Shown here in pieces: positions 1 to 11,847 of a stretch of 64,000 nucleotides of DNA. The position numbers and the translations under genes are program-made. Under the pieces are notes generated by a model, which saw only the letters and a program-made list of their open reading frames with translations, did not search any database and had not been told where the DNA came from. The DNA comes from Eledone cirrhosa (lineage: Eukaryota): NCBI GenBank assembly GCA_964016885.1, contig OZ024742.1, positions 70,556,001-70,620,000 of the forward strand, in the 5' to 3' direction. Numbering within the stretch: the stretch's first letter is position 1; each line of letters begins with the position of its first letter.

Positions 1-696
1 GGCCGAGAGGTGTTTTCATGTTCTGTAGAAGTCCCTATAGCTTGAGGGGAGTTCACATCTTCTTGTGTTGCTACTGTCCATATATTTTGGGAAAGGTCCC
101 GGCTCTAAGGTGTCTGCATGTCCCGAAGAAGTCGGTTCTGAGGTTTATCAGGCCGCTTCCACCTCTTAGTATCTCGAGGGTCTCGTTCAGGCATAGTTTG
201 CATATGCAAGATCCCCCTTTATCGGGTGGTACTTTCCTGATTATGTACCAGGCCAGAGAGTATGGGGTCCTGTCCAGCTTAAGCTTCCAGATCAGGTGGG
301 AGAGAGCTGTGCTTTTCCTTTTGGCCTCCTTCTTGAATGAATGGCGATGGTTGTACCAGCGGTCCTTAAAGCTCGTTGATGTGGCTCCTATGTAGAGGTG
401 TTCGGAGTTGGGGGTTTTAACCCTACAACCGTACACTAAGTTCTTCTTGAGACATTCATTACCAAGGGGGCATGATTCGGGGTTTCTGCAGTTGCAGAGG
501 GTGGTTCTCATTATGTGTTACATGTTGGTCTTCCCCCATGCTCGGTGGGGGGTCCTTGGGTCTGTTTGTGTTTCTTGGGTGGGCTCTGGGTCCCCCCTTC
601 CCTCCTTTCACATGGTTCTGCTGAGTGTTTGTATTGCCATCTTCTGGTTGTGTGTGGTTTTTAAGCCTACTTCTGTTGATGCTAGCTATGTGTTGG
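1..696 (-). mobile_element. Inverted copy of the 3' part (GIY-YIG region) of the adjacent Penelope-like element; runs off the window start
   Basis: Reverse complement of 2077-2798 except for a 26-bp deletion (ctaatctaggcacgcagaggccgacc) bounded by ACC microhomology. ORF 71..511 matches the C-terminus of ORF 1961..2728. Confidence 0.95.
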
Positions 697-2728
697 ATAG
701 GATTTTGCCCAAGCTTCGGAAGAAAACCAAATTACAGCAATGGTCATGCACGAGAGAAGTAATAGAATGGTTCAAAATACTGCATGAGAAAAGTAGGACC
801 AGCTTTATACAACTGGACATCGCAAGCTACTACTCCTCAATCTCACCCATAGTACTTAATAAGGCCCTATTTTTAGCGATGTCCAATACGGACCTAACCC
901 GAGAGGAGGTGAGCATCATCCACGCCGCAAGAAAGACCTTAATCCGCTTCGATGGAGACCTTTGGACCAGGAGTGATTGGCCAAATAACTTTGACATCAC
1001 GATGGGCTCCAGCGACTCAGCGCAGGTAACGGACCTGGTTGGGCTCTACCTGCTGAAGCAGATAAAAGATGAAATCCCCTGCCTGGGCGGTGGATTATAT
1101 CGTGACGATGCTCAATTCACAGTACATGACCACAGCACCAATATGTTGGAGGGTATGAGGAGGCGTATTCGCCATTTCTTTAAGAACCAGGGGCTCAGCA
1201 TAGAAATAGACCCAAATAGGAAGGTAGTTAACTTCCTAGACACCACCCTAAACCTGAACACCGAGCAATACTACCCCTACCACAAGCCCAACGAGAAACT
1301 CATATATGTTAACGCCAAATCAAACCACCCTAGATCCATAACCAAGGCAGTGGTGAAGAGTGTCTCGGACAGGATCTCCAGCCTGTCCGCAAGTAAGGAA
1401 ATATTCAACAACCACGCGGAATATTACAACGCAGCTCTAAAGAAGGCGGCACATGGACAAAATATAACATATAGTCCGAAAAGCCGGGAGGTGGATAGCC
1501 CAACAGACACCCACAACCGCGTTGCCAGAGGGGGGAGGGCGAACCCTAACAATACAGGCAGAGCAGAATCAAATAGGCACCATGTACCAGGCACCACCAC
1601 ACGGGCGGTGGGGACTAGTGCGCTTGACCACGAGATGGAGCACAATATGAGTAGCAGTCTCAGACGTGACGCTAACTACCCCAGGACGGACAACCCCAAC
1701 CGCAGGACACGTGGGGGGGGGGAGGAAACGGGCGACCACCCCACGATGGATCTCCCGGGGCGGACAACAACCACCCCACAAATCCGGGCCGCGAAGATAA
1801 CAAAAAGTATAGAGCCCAAAAGGGAAGCAACAGTGCGGAAACCACCAGCAACCCAACAAACCTCCAACAAATCACGAAGCCTCCAAGCCACACATATAGG
1901 AGGAGACACCGACAAATCACGTGATACAACCCACCCTACTCAGCGGCCCTAAAGAAAAGCTTGGCCCGATTATTCTTTGGAGCACTTGACAAATGCTTCC
2001 CGAGGGACCACATATACCACAGGATCTTCAACAGACACACTGTTAAGCTTTCGTATTCCACCACGAGAAATTTGGCCCAACACATAGCTAGCATCAACAG
2101 AAGTAGGCTTAAAAACCACACACAACCAGAAGATGGCAATACAAACACTCAGCAGAACCATGTGAAAGGAGGGAAGGGGGGACCCAGAGCCCACCCAAGA
2201 AACACAAACAGACCCAAGGACCCCCCACCGAGCATGGGGGAAGACCAACATGTAACACATAATGAGAACCCTAATCTAGGCACGCAGAGGCCGACCACCC
2301 TCTGCAACTGCAGAAACCCCGAATCATGCCCCCTTGGTAATGAATGTCTCAAGAAGAACTTAGTGTACGGTTGTAGGGTTAAAACCCCCAACTCCGAACA
2401 CCTCTACATAGGAGCCACATCAACGAGCTTTAAGGACCGCTGGTACAACCATCGCCATTCATTCAAGAAGGAGGCCAAAAGGAAAAGCACAGCTCTCTCC
2501 CACCTGATCTGGAAGCTTAAGCTGGACAGGACCCCATACTCTCTGGCCTGGTACATAATCAGGAAAGTACCACCCGATAAAGGGGGATCTTGCATATGCA
2601 AACTATGCCTGAACGAGACCCTCGAGATACTAAGAGGTGGAAGCGGCCTGATAAACCTCAGAACCGACTTCTTCGGGACATGCAGACACCTTAGAGCCGG
2701 GACCTTTCCCAAAATATATGGACAGTAG
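697..2728 (+). pseudogene. PLE reverse transcriptase + GIY-YIG endonuclease, disrupted
   Basis: ORFs 408..1952 and 1961..2728 are in different frames. The endonuclease frame reads RRHRQIT*YNPPYSAALKK with TGA at 1922-1924, and there is a frameshift upstream (possibly the G-run near 1713-1722). Confidence 0.88.
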
Positions 2729-3935
2729 CAACACAAGAAGATGTGAACTCCCCTCAAGCTATAGGGACTTCTACAGAACATGAAAACACCTCTCGGCCAG
2801 ACCTCCCTCAAGCTATATGGGCAATAACAACACCCTAGGTTGTGAACTCCCCTCAAGCCACAGGGAACAACCCAGGCGGAGCAGACACCATGATAGCCTA
2901 GAGATAGAATCGGACACAACCATAATAATTTGGCCAACATCTATAACACAAACACTTTTAATTTACCAGATTTCTGACTTTCAAGTTCCAATCTTAAATC
3001 TTGATTTCTCTTTATTAATTTGTTATTTGTTTTCTGCCCTCTTCACTGTATCACCTTATATTTATTTTAAGTTGAGATAGATTATAACACAAACACATTG
3101 AATATCTCATCTTAACATCTTGTATCATACCAATCTATCCAACATATTCTGACCTTGAGATTGGTTATAGCACACACACACACACTTTATCCTACATTAT
3201 TTCTCACTTCTCCATATACATTATCATTACTTTTTCACCAATCTCTCATTTACTCTTTATTCTTTATTCTCTATTTATTTATGTATTTTCAAATTACACA
3301 AATTATATTAATTATTTTATTTTATTATATTATTTATTTATTTTCTGTTTTCTTCATTTATTGCCTTATATTTCTTCATATACATGAAAGACCCCCCCCC
3401 CCCACCACCACCACCACCACTACGATGGTGGCGGGAGGGATGAAGAAAAAACACAAACTGGATACTTCTAAATTGTTAGCAGCAGCAAGATATAAGCTGA
3501 CCACTACAACAACAACAGTACCAAAATAATGGTGGAGGTCAAATGTACTGAACAATAGCAGGCAAAAACACTACAGGGAGCCTCACCCCAGAAAGAATTC
3601 TATAGACTTCTGACTGAGGAATGCTCTCAGAACTGAACAATGGGAAGTTTGACACTTTTTTTGTTATTTTGTTCCTTTAACACCTTGTCCCTTCTACCAT
3701 TTTATCAATTTTTAAGCTAACTTCAACAATAACAACACTTAGAATGAGGAATGTTCTAATAACTGACCAATGAGAGGAGAAGGGGACCTGTGACACGAAA
3801 ATTCGTTTGTTTGAATTCATATGACTCCAGTTCCCCAGTGAATTAACAACCCAACAAGGAACTGGGCATATCAGAGTATTGACAATATCATACACCTAAA
3901 TAACATATGTACTTGTCTATACCATACTAATTCAA

Positions 3936-3990
3936 ACTGCCTGAAGAGGTCACAGCCAAAGATGGCTGTCACTGAAATATATATAGCAGT
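3936..3990 (+). ncRNA. Type I hammerhead ribozyme in the PLE 3' pseudo-LTR
   Basis: ACTGC-CTGAAGA-[GGTCACAGCC/GGCTGTCACT stem II]-GAAA-TATATA-TA-GCAGT. Stem I is ACTGC/GCAGT, stem III is palindromic, and AATAAA follows immediately. Confidence 0.85.
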
Positions 3991-4209
3991 AATAAACGAA
4001 GCTAAATTTTAATCATTTGACTTTTATTTAACTTTATTTTACACTACTCCGGAGTAACCAAACCAACCTGCGCACTTCGTCGAGTGCTCAAGCCTGCATA
4101 CTGAGGTGTTGGTATACAACCAACATAAACTCAAAATCTAATATATATATATATATATATATAATATATATATAATATATATATTATATATATATAATAT
4201 ATATATATT

Positions 4210-4246
<37 letters not shown>

Positions 4247-4463
4247 ATTTCGTTTCTGAATTTGTTTAGCAAGATTCTTTATCTGAAATCGTGTGTTGAA
4301 ACCGATATTGTTATACTTTGGGAGGGTCATGTTGCCAATAAGAAACACACGCACCAGTTGCTTTCACTTCAATTTAATTTATTATATATTTATAAATTTA
4401 CAAATTTATAAATTTCTGGTTGGTTGGTTGGTTCCACAACCAGATAGTTGTTTATATATATAT

Positions 4464-4508
4464 AGTCATAGTTCTTTCGTCATACACTCTGTGACCTCTT
4501 CAGTGACT
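4464..4508 (-). ncRNA. Type I hammerhead ribozyme (mirror copy of 4618-4662)
   Basis: Reverse complement of 4618-4662 with one stem II substitution. Confidence 0.8.
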
Positions 4509-4617
4509 GGGGATTTCTTTCTTCGCTTCTGTGCCTTTCCTTTCTTCTATCCTACGCCATTTTGTTTGGCGTAGGATAGAAGAAAGGAAAGGCACAGAAG
4601 CGAAGAAAGAAATCCCC

Positions 4618-4662
4618 AGTCACTGAAGAGGTCACAGAGTGTGTGACGAAAGAACTATGACT
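4618..4662 (+). ncRNA. Type I hammerhead ribozyme
   Basis: AGTCA-CTGAAGA-G-GTCAC(AGAGTGT)GTGAC-GAAA-GAAC-TA-TGACT. Confidence 0.82.
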
Positions 4663-4813
4663 ATATATATATAAACAACTATCTGGTTGTGGAACCAACC
4701 AACCAACCAGAAATTTATAAATTTGTAAATTTATAAATATATAATAAATTAAATTGAAGTGAAAGCAACTGGTGCGTGTGTTTCTTATTGGCAACATGAC
4801 CCTCCCAAAGTAT

Positions 4814-5505
<692 letters not shown>

Positions 5506-5924
5506 TAGTCACACTTATGCATAGCATTAGAGCAAAAACCCGTTGATAAAACAGCTTCTCAGTCATCTTACCAGAAGCCTAACATTCTTTATGTAAGCGG
5601 ACAGTATTTGATTTATGGAGTCGCAGAAAATACTGGATTTTACCATCAGTCCAGTGGGTCCGGGTAAATTTTCAATCACATATATTTTTATTGTTTGACC
5701 CGAATTACTTGGTCGGTTTTTTTGGCTGTGCGGATGATTAGTTTAACCACCTTCTCAGTGTGTTTGGCCTTTAACGTATGTTGTAGCTCTGATTCATATG
5801 ATTCATCGAGCGCTTGCCACACATCTCGGAGGTTGTTTTTCGTTAATTCCTGAGCTGAAATACGATTCTCACTAATTTATATTTATACATATATTATATA
5901 TTATATATACATATATATATTATA

Positions 5925-6026
<102 letters not shown>

Positions 6027-6882
6027 CTAGCAGTAAAGCCCGGCGTTGCTCGGGGTCGCTCAGTAGCTGTGTTAAAGTTACAATGTTAAGTTTCTTTCTT
6101 GGCTTAAAAACTGTAGTGTCTACTGTGCAGACTTGCATGTGGTGTTTTTGATTAATATTCCCTCAACCAACAATATGCCTTATGAAGTTAAGAAAACATA
6201 ACGATAACCCGAATGTTATAACACAAGAGGATGCTGGGGATAAAAACTGCACTGGTTATTTATTAACAAAGATCGAAAATGTAAACACTGCAACGCAGAG
6301 AAAAACATTAGCGTAACCAAATTATCAGTTATGTCTGTCTGCACGCCTATATCACCTCTCTGCACGACTGTCTGTCTGCACGCCTATATCACCTCTCTGC
6401 ACGACTGTCTGTCTGCACGCCTGAAATATTTGCTTGTTTTACGTAGTCTTTAAATAGACTTGTTTTCAAGTAAAAATATTGTTTTAAAATGCTTTTAAAT
6501 GGAAATGAAGCAAAACGGAAGCTTAGTGTTCGAACTGATGAATTTTGCAGGTCAATATTTTGCTGGCTCGACAACTGTCTGTTCGTGTATTGTGTTAATG
6601 TCATTTTAAACGCTGAGAAAGCCAGCGTAATTTTTTACGTAAGACGCTCAATGTAAACAGAACAAAGGGAAATAACTGATAACTTACGCTCAAAAATCGA
6701 TACATTATATTCGATTTCGTCACATAGGGTGGGTCAATTTGAAATTTTTTTTTTCCGATGTCTTCGCTAGGGCTCAATGTACAAGTATAGCAATTTCGGT
6801 GCAATTCCGTGAGAGATTCTAAGAGGAGATGTGTGCCAAAAATCGATAGACAGACAGACAACCACAGTTTTATATATATAGA
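6027..6882 (-). mobile_element. Non-autonomous Helitron
   Basis: On the minus strand it starts TC-TATATATATAAAA and ends with a CCCGAGCAACGCCGGG hairpin followed by CTAG. It is inserted between A and T in (TA)n, and has an internal tandem repeat of about 38 bp at 6332-6422. Confidence 0.88.
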
Positions 6883-6906
6883 TATATATATTATATATAT
6901 ATATAT

Positions 6907-7024
<118 letters not shown>

Positions 7025-7028
7025 AATA

Positions 7029-7100
<72 letters not shown>

Positions 7101-7101
7101 T

Positions 7102-7144
<43 letters not shown>

Positions 7145-7243
7145 TATATATATAAATATATAATATATATATATATAATATATATATAATATATATATAA
7201 TATATATATATATATATGTATAATATATATATATATATGTATA

Positions 7244-7275
<32 letters not shown>

Positions 7276-7467
7276 TATATATAATATATATATATATAAT
7301 ATATATATATATAATATATATATATATTATATATATATATATTATATATATATATATTATATATATATATATATATTATATATATATATATTATACATAT
7401 ATATATATATTATACATATATATATATATTATACATATATATATATATATATTATATATATATTATA

Positions 7468-7506
<39 letters not shown>

Positions 7507-7519
7507 TTATATATATATA

Positions 7520-7593
<74 letters not shown>

Positions 7594-7595
7594 CC

Positions 7596-7958
7596 CGTTA
7601 ATATGTATAAGGTAAGTATATACGTTCAACAATCTGGCAGGAAGGTATACGTTGCTGACGATAGCTAATAAGCTTGAAACTAGTACAGCGTTCCTTTGTC
7701 AGTGTGAACAAACGAGCAACGATGGTTGCTAGACACTACGGCTTAATACGGGATGTTTGTTTACAAACACACCGAGCATTATAATAAATGTTCGGTGAAT
7801 CCATACGTACATATATATATGTGTGCATGTATGTATATATATATACATACTACTGTACGTCTGTATACATACATATATGTATGTACGTATACATACTTAT
7901 ATTTAAGTAACAGCCGTACTAAGAGTGGGAAATGAAATTTCGTTTCATTTTTTCCGTT

Positions 7959-7960
<2 letters not shown>
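7596..7960 (+). mobile_element. Retrozyme-like non-autonomous element, family R429, copy 1
   Basis: Contains HHR 7650-7690. Homologous to the minus-strand copy at 9960-10426 but circularly permuted. Flanked by (TA)n. Confidence 0.75.
7650..7690 (+). ncRNA. Type I minimal hammerhead ribozyme
   Basis: CGTTG-CTGACGA-TAGCT(AATA)AGCTT-GAAAC-TA-GTA-CAGCG. Palindromic ACTAGT stem III and a GUA cleavage triplet. Confidence 0.85.
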
Positions 7961-8013
<53 letters not shown>

Positions 8014-8121
8014 ATATTATATTATATTTATATATATATATATATTATATATATATATATATATTATATATATATATTATATATATATATATATATTATA
8101 TATATATATGTTATATATATA

Positions 8122-8164
<43 letters not shown>

Positions 8165-8230
8165 TATATATATATATATTATATATATATATATATTATA
8201 TATATTATATATATATATATTATATATATA

Positions 8231-8279
<49 letters not shown>

Positions 8280-8321
8280 ATATATAGAATACACAAGAAT
8301 CAAAGCTATGTTAGAACATTT

Positions 8322-8373
8322 AATGGTTGACAATTGTTTCTTCCAAGCCTAGACTTGGGGTCTTCGGAGCATT
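8322..8373 (-). ncRNA. Degenerate type I hammerhead
   Basis: Minus strand reads GCT-CCGAAGA-CCCCAAG(TCTAGG)CTTGGAA-GAAAC-AATT-GTC-AAC. Core U4 is C and stem I is imperfect. Confidence 0.55.
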
Positions 8374-9029
8374 ATTAGCAATGTTTATACATATAATCAG
8401 CCTCCTATTCTGCTGAAGAATCTTACAGATACATATTGTGGACAACAGTGTGGGATGGATGCTACATATATTATGTTAAATTCTACAATAAGTTTCAAAA
8501 TTAAAATTAAAAGCTGTTGGTGGGGCACATGTGGCAGATAATACAAGAGCGTCTAGTAAATAAATAAAATTAAAGAGACAGTACGTGCGTTAGTCATATA
8601 ACGCAATTGAACAAGCAAAAGTATCAAGCATATATGAGTGCTGGGTGTTGCATATAAAATACAAGCACTTATAGCATGTGTGTTATTATATTATGGTGGT
8701 TTCAATGCGGAGATATCGTCTGTGTAGATCAAATATGCGTGTGTGGAGAATAAGAAAGTCCCAGGTTTCACATCCATTACATTTGTCACGATTTTTGTGT
8801 ATTCTATAATACTGCTCTGTATAACAAATGTTGTTCTAACATTGAGCTATCTATCTTACTGGTAATAAGGTAGTAATAAATTACTGACCTTACCTGTTTA
8901 TAGTTGTATATAGTATAATATATACATAACTATAAGTAGTATCCTTAATATTATACATATATATATATATTATATATATATATATTATATATATATATAT
9001 ATATTATATATACACATATGTGGAACTTG

Positions 9030-9712
9030 ACCACCACGGAATCTACTAACATCATAGGAATTTACCAACATTTCAACCATCCTCTTACGGAATCACCTAT
9101 ATAACTCACCCACACACACACCCCAAAAAAAAAATTTTCTCCCACACGCCACCTACACCCACAACACGCTTAAACCCCATACTACGTGCTTTCCACCACA
9201 TATTTACACCCTCAGCCTCCTGATTCCTCTCCCCCCACCCCTCTATCCACACACGCACAGACACTCCGACCTACACCCCCCACCCCACACACACACACCT
9301 CTTCCTGAACATGCAACCCCGTTCTTCCCCCAACCCACACCCGTCTCCCTCTCCCCACTCCACCCGCCACCACCCCTACACACCCCACACCCTTCCACCA
9401 CCTGTTTTACCCCTTTTTAATTTCAGTTTAATTTGATCATGCTTTTATATTTATTTTTATTTCATTCCTTTTATTTTGATCATGCTTTATTTTTATTTTT
9501 ATTTTTAATTTCATTCGCACCGTTTCCTTTCGCTATATGTCTCTCCACCACTCCCCTACACACCCTTTGAACTCCTCACCTGAGGAAGGGCTTATGCCCG
9601 AAACGTCGTTCCCCACCACCACCTCACTCTCCAGAGCGTGAAATTAATAAATATTCGTTGTACTGCCTCTCTGTTTTGTTCCTGTTCAAATTTTTCCATT
9701 ATATATTATATA
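9030..9712 (+). mobile_element. PLE 3' remnant (C/A-rich pLTR with HHR-like core)
   Basis: C/A-rich then T-rich tract resembling 63460-64000. CTGAGGA-AGGGC(TTAT)GCCC-GAAAC-GTC lies at 9580-9607, followed by AATAAA and (TA)n. Confidence 0.6.
9578..9609 (+). ncRNA. Minimal hammerhead core with a weak stem I
   Basis: Intact core and stem II (GGGC/GCCC) and GAAACGTC, but only 2 bp of stem I. Confidence 0.55.
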
Positions 9713-9885
9713 TATATATATATATTATACTACCTTGACCATTTAACATCTCAGGGTATGTCATGTATCATTATATTTTGTCTGATTAGGACGTACTGTT
9801 GTACATCCGAAATATGTATAATAAAATGTAATTGATCAAAAGAACATCTATTTTATTAATATTTATATTTTAATATATAGATATA

Positions 9886-9959
<74 letters not shown>

Positions 9960-9966
<7 letters not shown>

Positions 9967-10426
9967 TATGTATACGTACATACATATATGTATACAGACG
10001 TACAGTAGTATGTATATATATATACATACATGCACACATATATATATGTACGTATGGATTCACCGAACATTTATTATAATGCTCGGTGTGTTTGTAAACA
10101 AACATCCCGAATTAAGCCGTACAGTGTCTAGCAACCATCGTTGCTTATTTGTTCAACACTGACAAAGGAACGCTGTACTAGTTTCAAGCTTATTACCTAT
10201 CGTCAGCAATGTATACCTTCCTGCCAGATGGTTGAACGTCTGAAAGTATATACTTTCCTTATGCATATTAACGGCTGAGCAGCCTAATTTGCATATCGAG
10301 TGAGTTAATCGGCCGGGGTACCGAAAACGATAAACGGAAAAAATGAAACGAAATTTCATTTCTCACTCTTAGTAGGGCTGTTACTTAAATATAAGTATGT
10401 ATACGTACATACATATATGTATACAG
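9960..10426 (-). mobile_element. Retrozyme-like element, family R429, copy 2 (slightly more than one monomer)
   Basis: Begins and ends with the same segment of about 35 nt (ctgtatacatatatgtatgtacgtatacatacttatat), giving a period of 429 nt. HHR at 10171-10211. Confidence 0.75.
10171..10211 (-). ncRNA. Type I hammerhead (diverged copy of 7650-7690)
   Basis: CATTG-CTGACGA-TAGGT(AATA)AGCTT-GAAAC-TA-GTA-CAGCG, with one mismatch each in stems I and II. Confidence 0.7.
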
Positions 10427-10460
10427 CACTCTCCTTTCTTTTTCCCTTTCCTACGGAAAC

Positions 10461-10499
<39 letters not shown>

Positions 10500-10802
10500 G
10501 TGAGGTTTTTTTACAAAATGAAAAATAACCGAGGTGTCCTACACGAGTGAAAGTATAAAGAAAAAAAGATGAAATCGAAAATGCAACTGGAGTCTTATTT
10601 TTTAAAAATATATATATATTTATTTGGCTCCTTTACCGGGTTCGCAGTTCTTCTGCTTTTCAAAAGTAGAGTTGAGATGGAGGGTCTATATATGTATAGA
10701 AGTGGTTACACAACAGTTAGTTCACCACTTCTACCTAACTCGTCCCATGGACTGAGTGCTCTACCACTACGGATATTACCTTCCTGTGTTCTACAAATAT
10801 GA

Positions 10803-10833
<31 letters not shown>

Positions 10834-10917
10834 ATGCCCCAGTGTGGCCTCAGCCAGATGACTGGGACAGGTAAAAGAAAAGGTGAAAGAATATATATAT
10901 TGTAGAAAATGAAGAAA

Positions 10918-10951
<34 letters not shown>

Positions 10952-10984
10952 TAATACTTTAATTACTCCTTTACTTTAGGACTG

Positions 10985-11200
10985 TAGATTAGCAGAATAG
11001 GTAGGGCATCGAAAAAAATGATTGGCAGTATTTGTTCTGGTCATTTACGCTTTGAGTACAAATCCCACAGAGATCAACTTGGCTTTTCACCTTAACTGGG
11101 TTGATAAAAGATCTACCAGTTAAGTATTGAGATTGATTTAATTGAATTTTTCTCCTCACAAATAATTGTTGGCCTTGTGTCTAAATTAGACACAAACATT
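10985..11200 (+). mobile_element. Degenerate tRNA-derived SINE (octopus-type)
   Basis: Similar to 27535-27730 (gagtacaaatccc, ggccttgtgtctaaattagac). Confidence 0.7.
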
Positions 11201-11494
11201 ACTCTACGAAGTTCAGTGGTTAAATCTAATTGTGTGTGTGTGCGTGCGTGAATGGGATGGGGCAAGTAATACATGCGACATACATTATAAAATAATGAAT
11301 GCGCACATTTTTAGCCAGGCGTGTCAAAATTTTAATTTTTTTTAAAATAATCCTCTAATTGGAGTGTCACAGATATTTCGTTTTTAGGTAAATTGTTATA
11401 GATAAGCGGCCTATTTCTCTAACATATTTGATAAAACTACGAGTTTTTATAAAATATAACTTGAAACTTTAAAATATACTTCTAAAACTAAAAC

Positions 11495-11665
11495 AATAAA
11501 ATTGTTTCTGATTTAGGCACAAGGCCAACAATTTTTGTGAAAGGGAAAGTTAATTAAATCGACCCCAGTGCATTACTGGTACTTTATTTTGTCGACACCA
11601 TAAGGATGAAAGGCAAAGTTAACCTTGGCAGGTTTTGAACTCAGATCGTAAAGGGCCGTAACTCT
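11495..11665 (-). mobile_element. tRNA-derived SINE fragment
   Basis: Reverse complement of the 27535 family (ttaggcacaaggcc...ggatgaaaggcaaagttaacc...gaactcag). Confidence 0.75.
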
Positions 11666-11847
11666 ATGCTGAAAATTATATTGTGCTGTACTTGGGTCGA
11701 TTTTTACTCTATAACAATTTCCCACTTCTTTCTCTAAGAAATCGTCTGTGTCCAGACATGGAGAGGGGATGGGATCGGCTGGGTTTTTAAATGCCGAAGA
11801 CATGCCGTGTGTCACTATAGTACCACCACATGTACATATATACATAC

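Larger units (their letters stand above)
697..4140 (+). mobile_element. Penelope-like retroelement (YRDD-type RT, CxC..CPL..C linker; Nematis-like by inference), 5'-truncated
   Basis: RT motifs (QLDIASYYSSI, ITMGSSDSAQV, LYRDDA, VNFLD), then YNPPYS, CNCRNPESCPLGNEC and the NLVY..LYIG endonuclease. The 3' region carries an HHR and AATAAA and ends in (TA)n. Confidence 0.93.
4305..4821. repeat. Near-perfect 255-bp-arm inverted repeat (two head-to-head HHR-bearing pLTR-like arms)
   Basis: 4305-4559 is the reverse complement of 4567-4821 with one mismatch seen and a 7-nt loop (TTTTGTT). Lies between (TA)n tracts. Confidence 0.93.

Noticed and set aside
408-696. Hydrophobic N-terminal extension on the 514-aa RT ORF
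   Set aside because: It is the antisense of the inverted 3' copy and happens to be open across the inversion junction.
1922-1924. In-frame TGA as possible selenocysteine (reported for some Naiad PLEs)
   Set aside because: It occupies the conserved Trp of the W(Y/F)NPP motif, not a Cys. No SECIS was recognised and the copy is also frameshifted.
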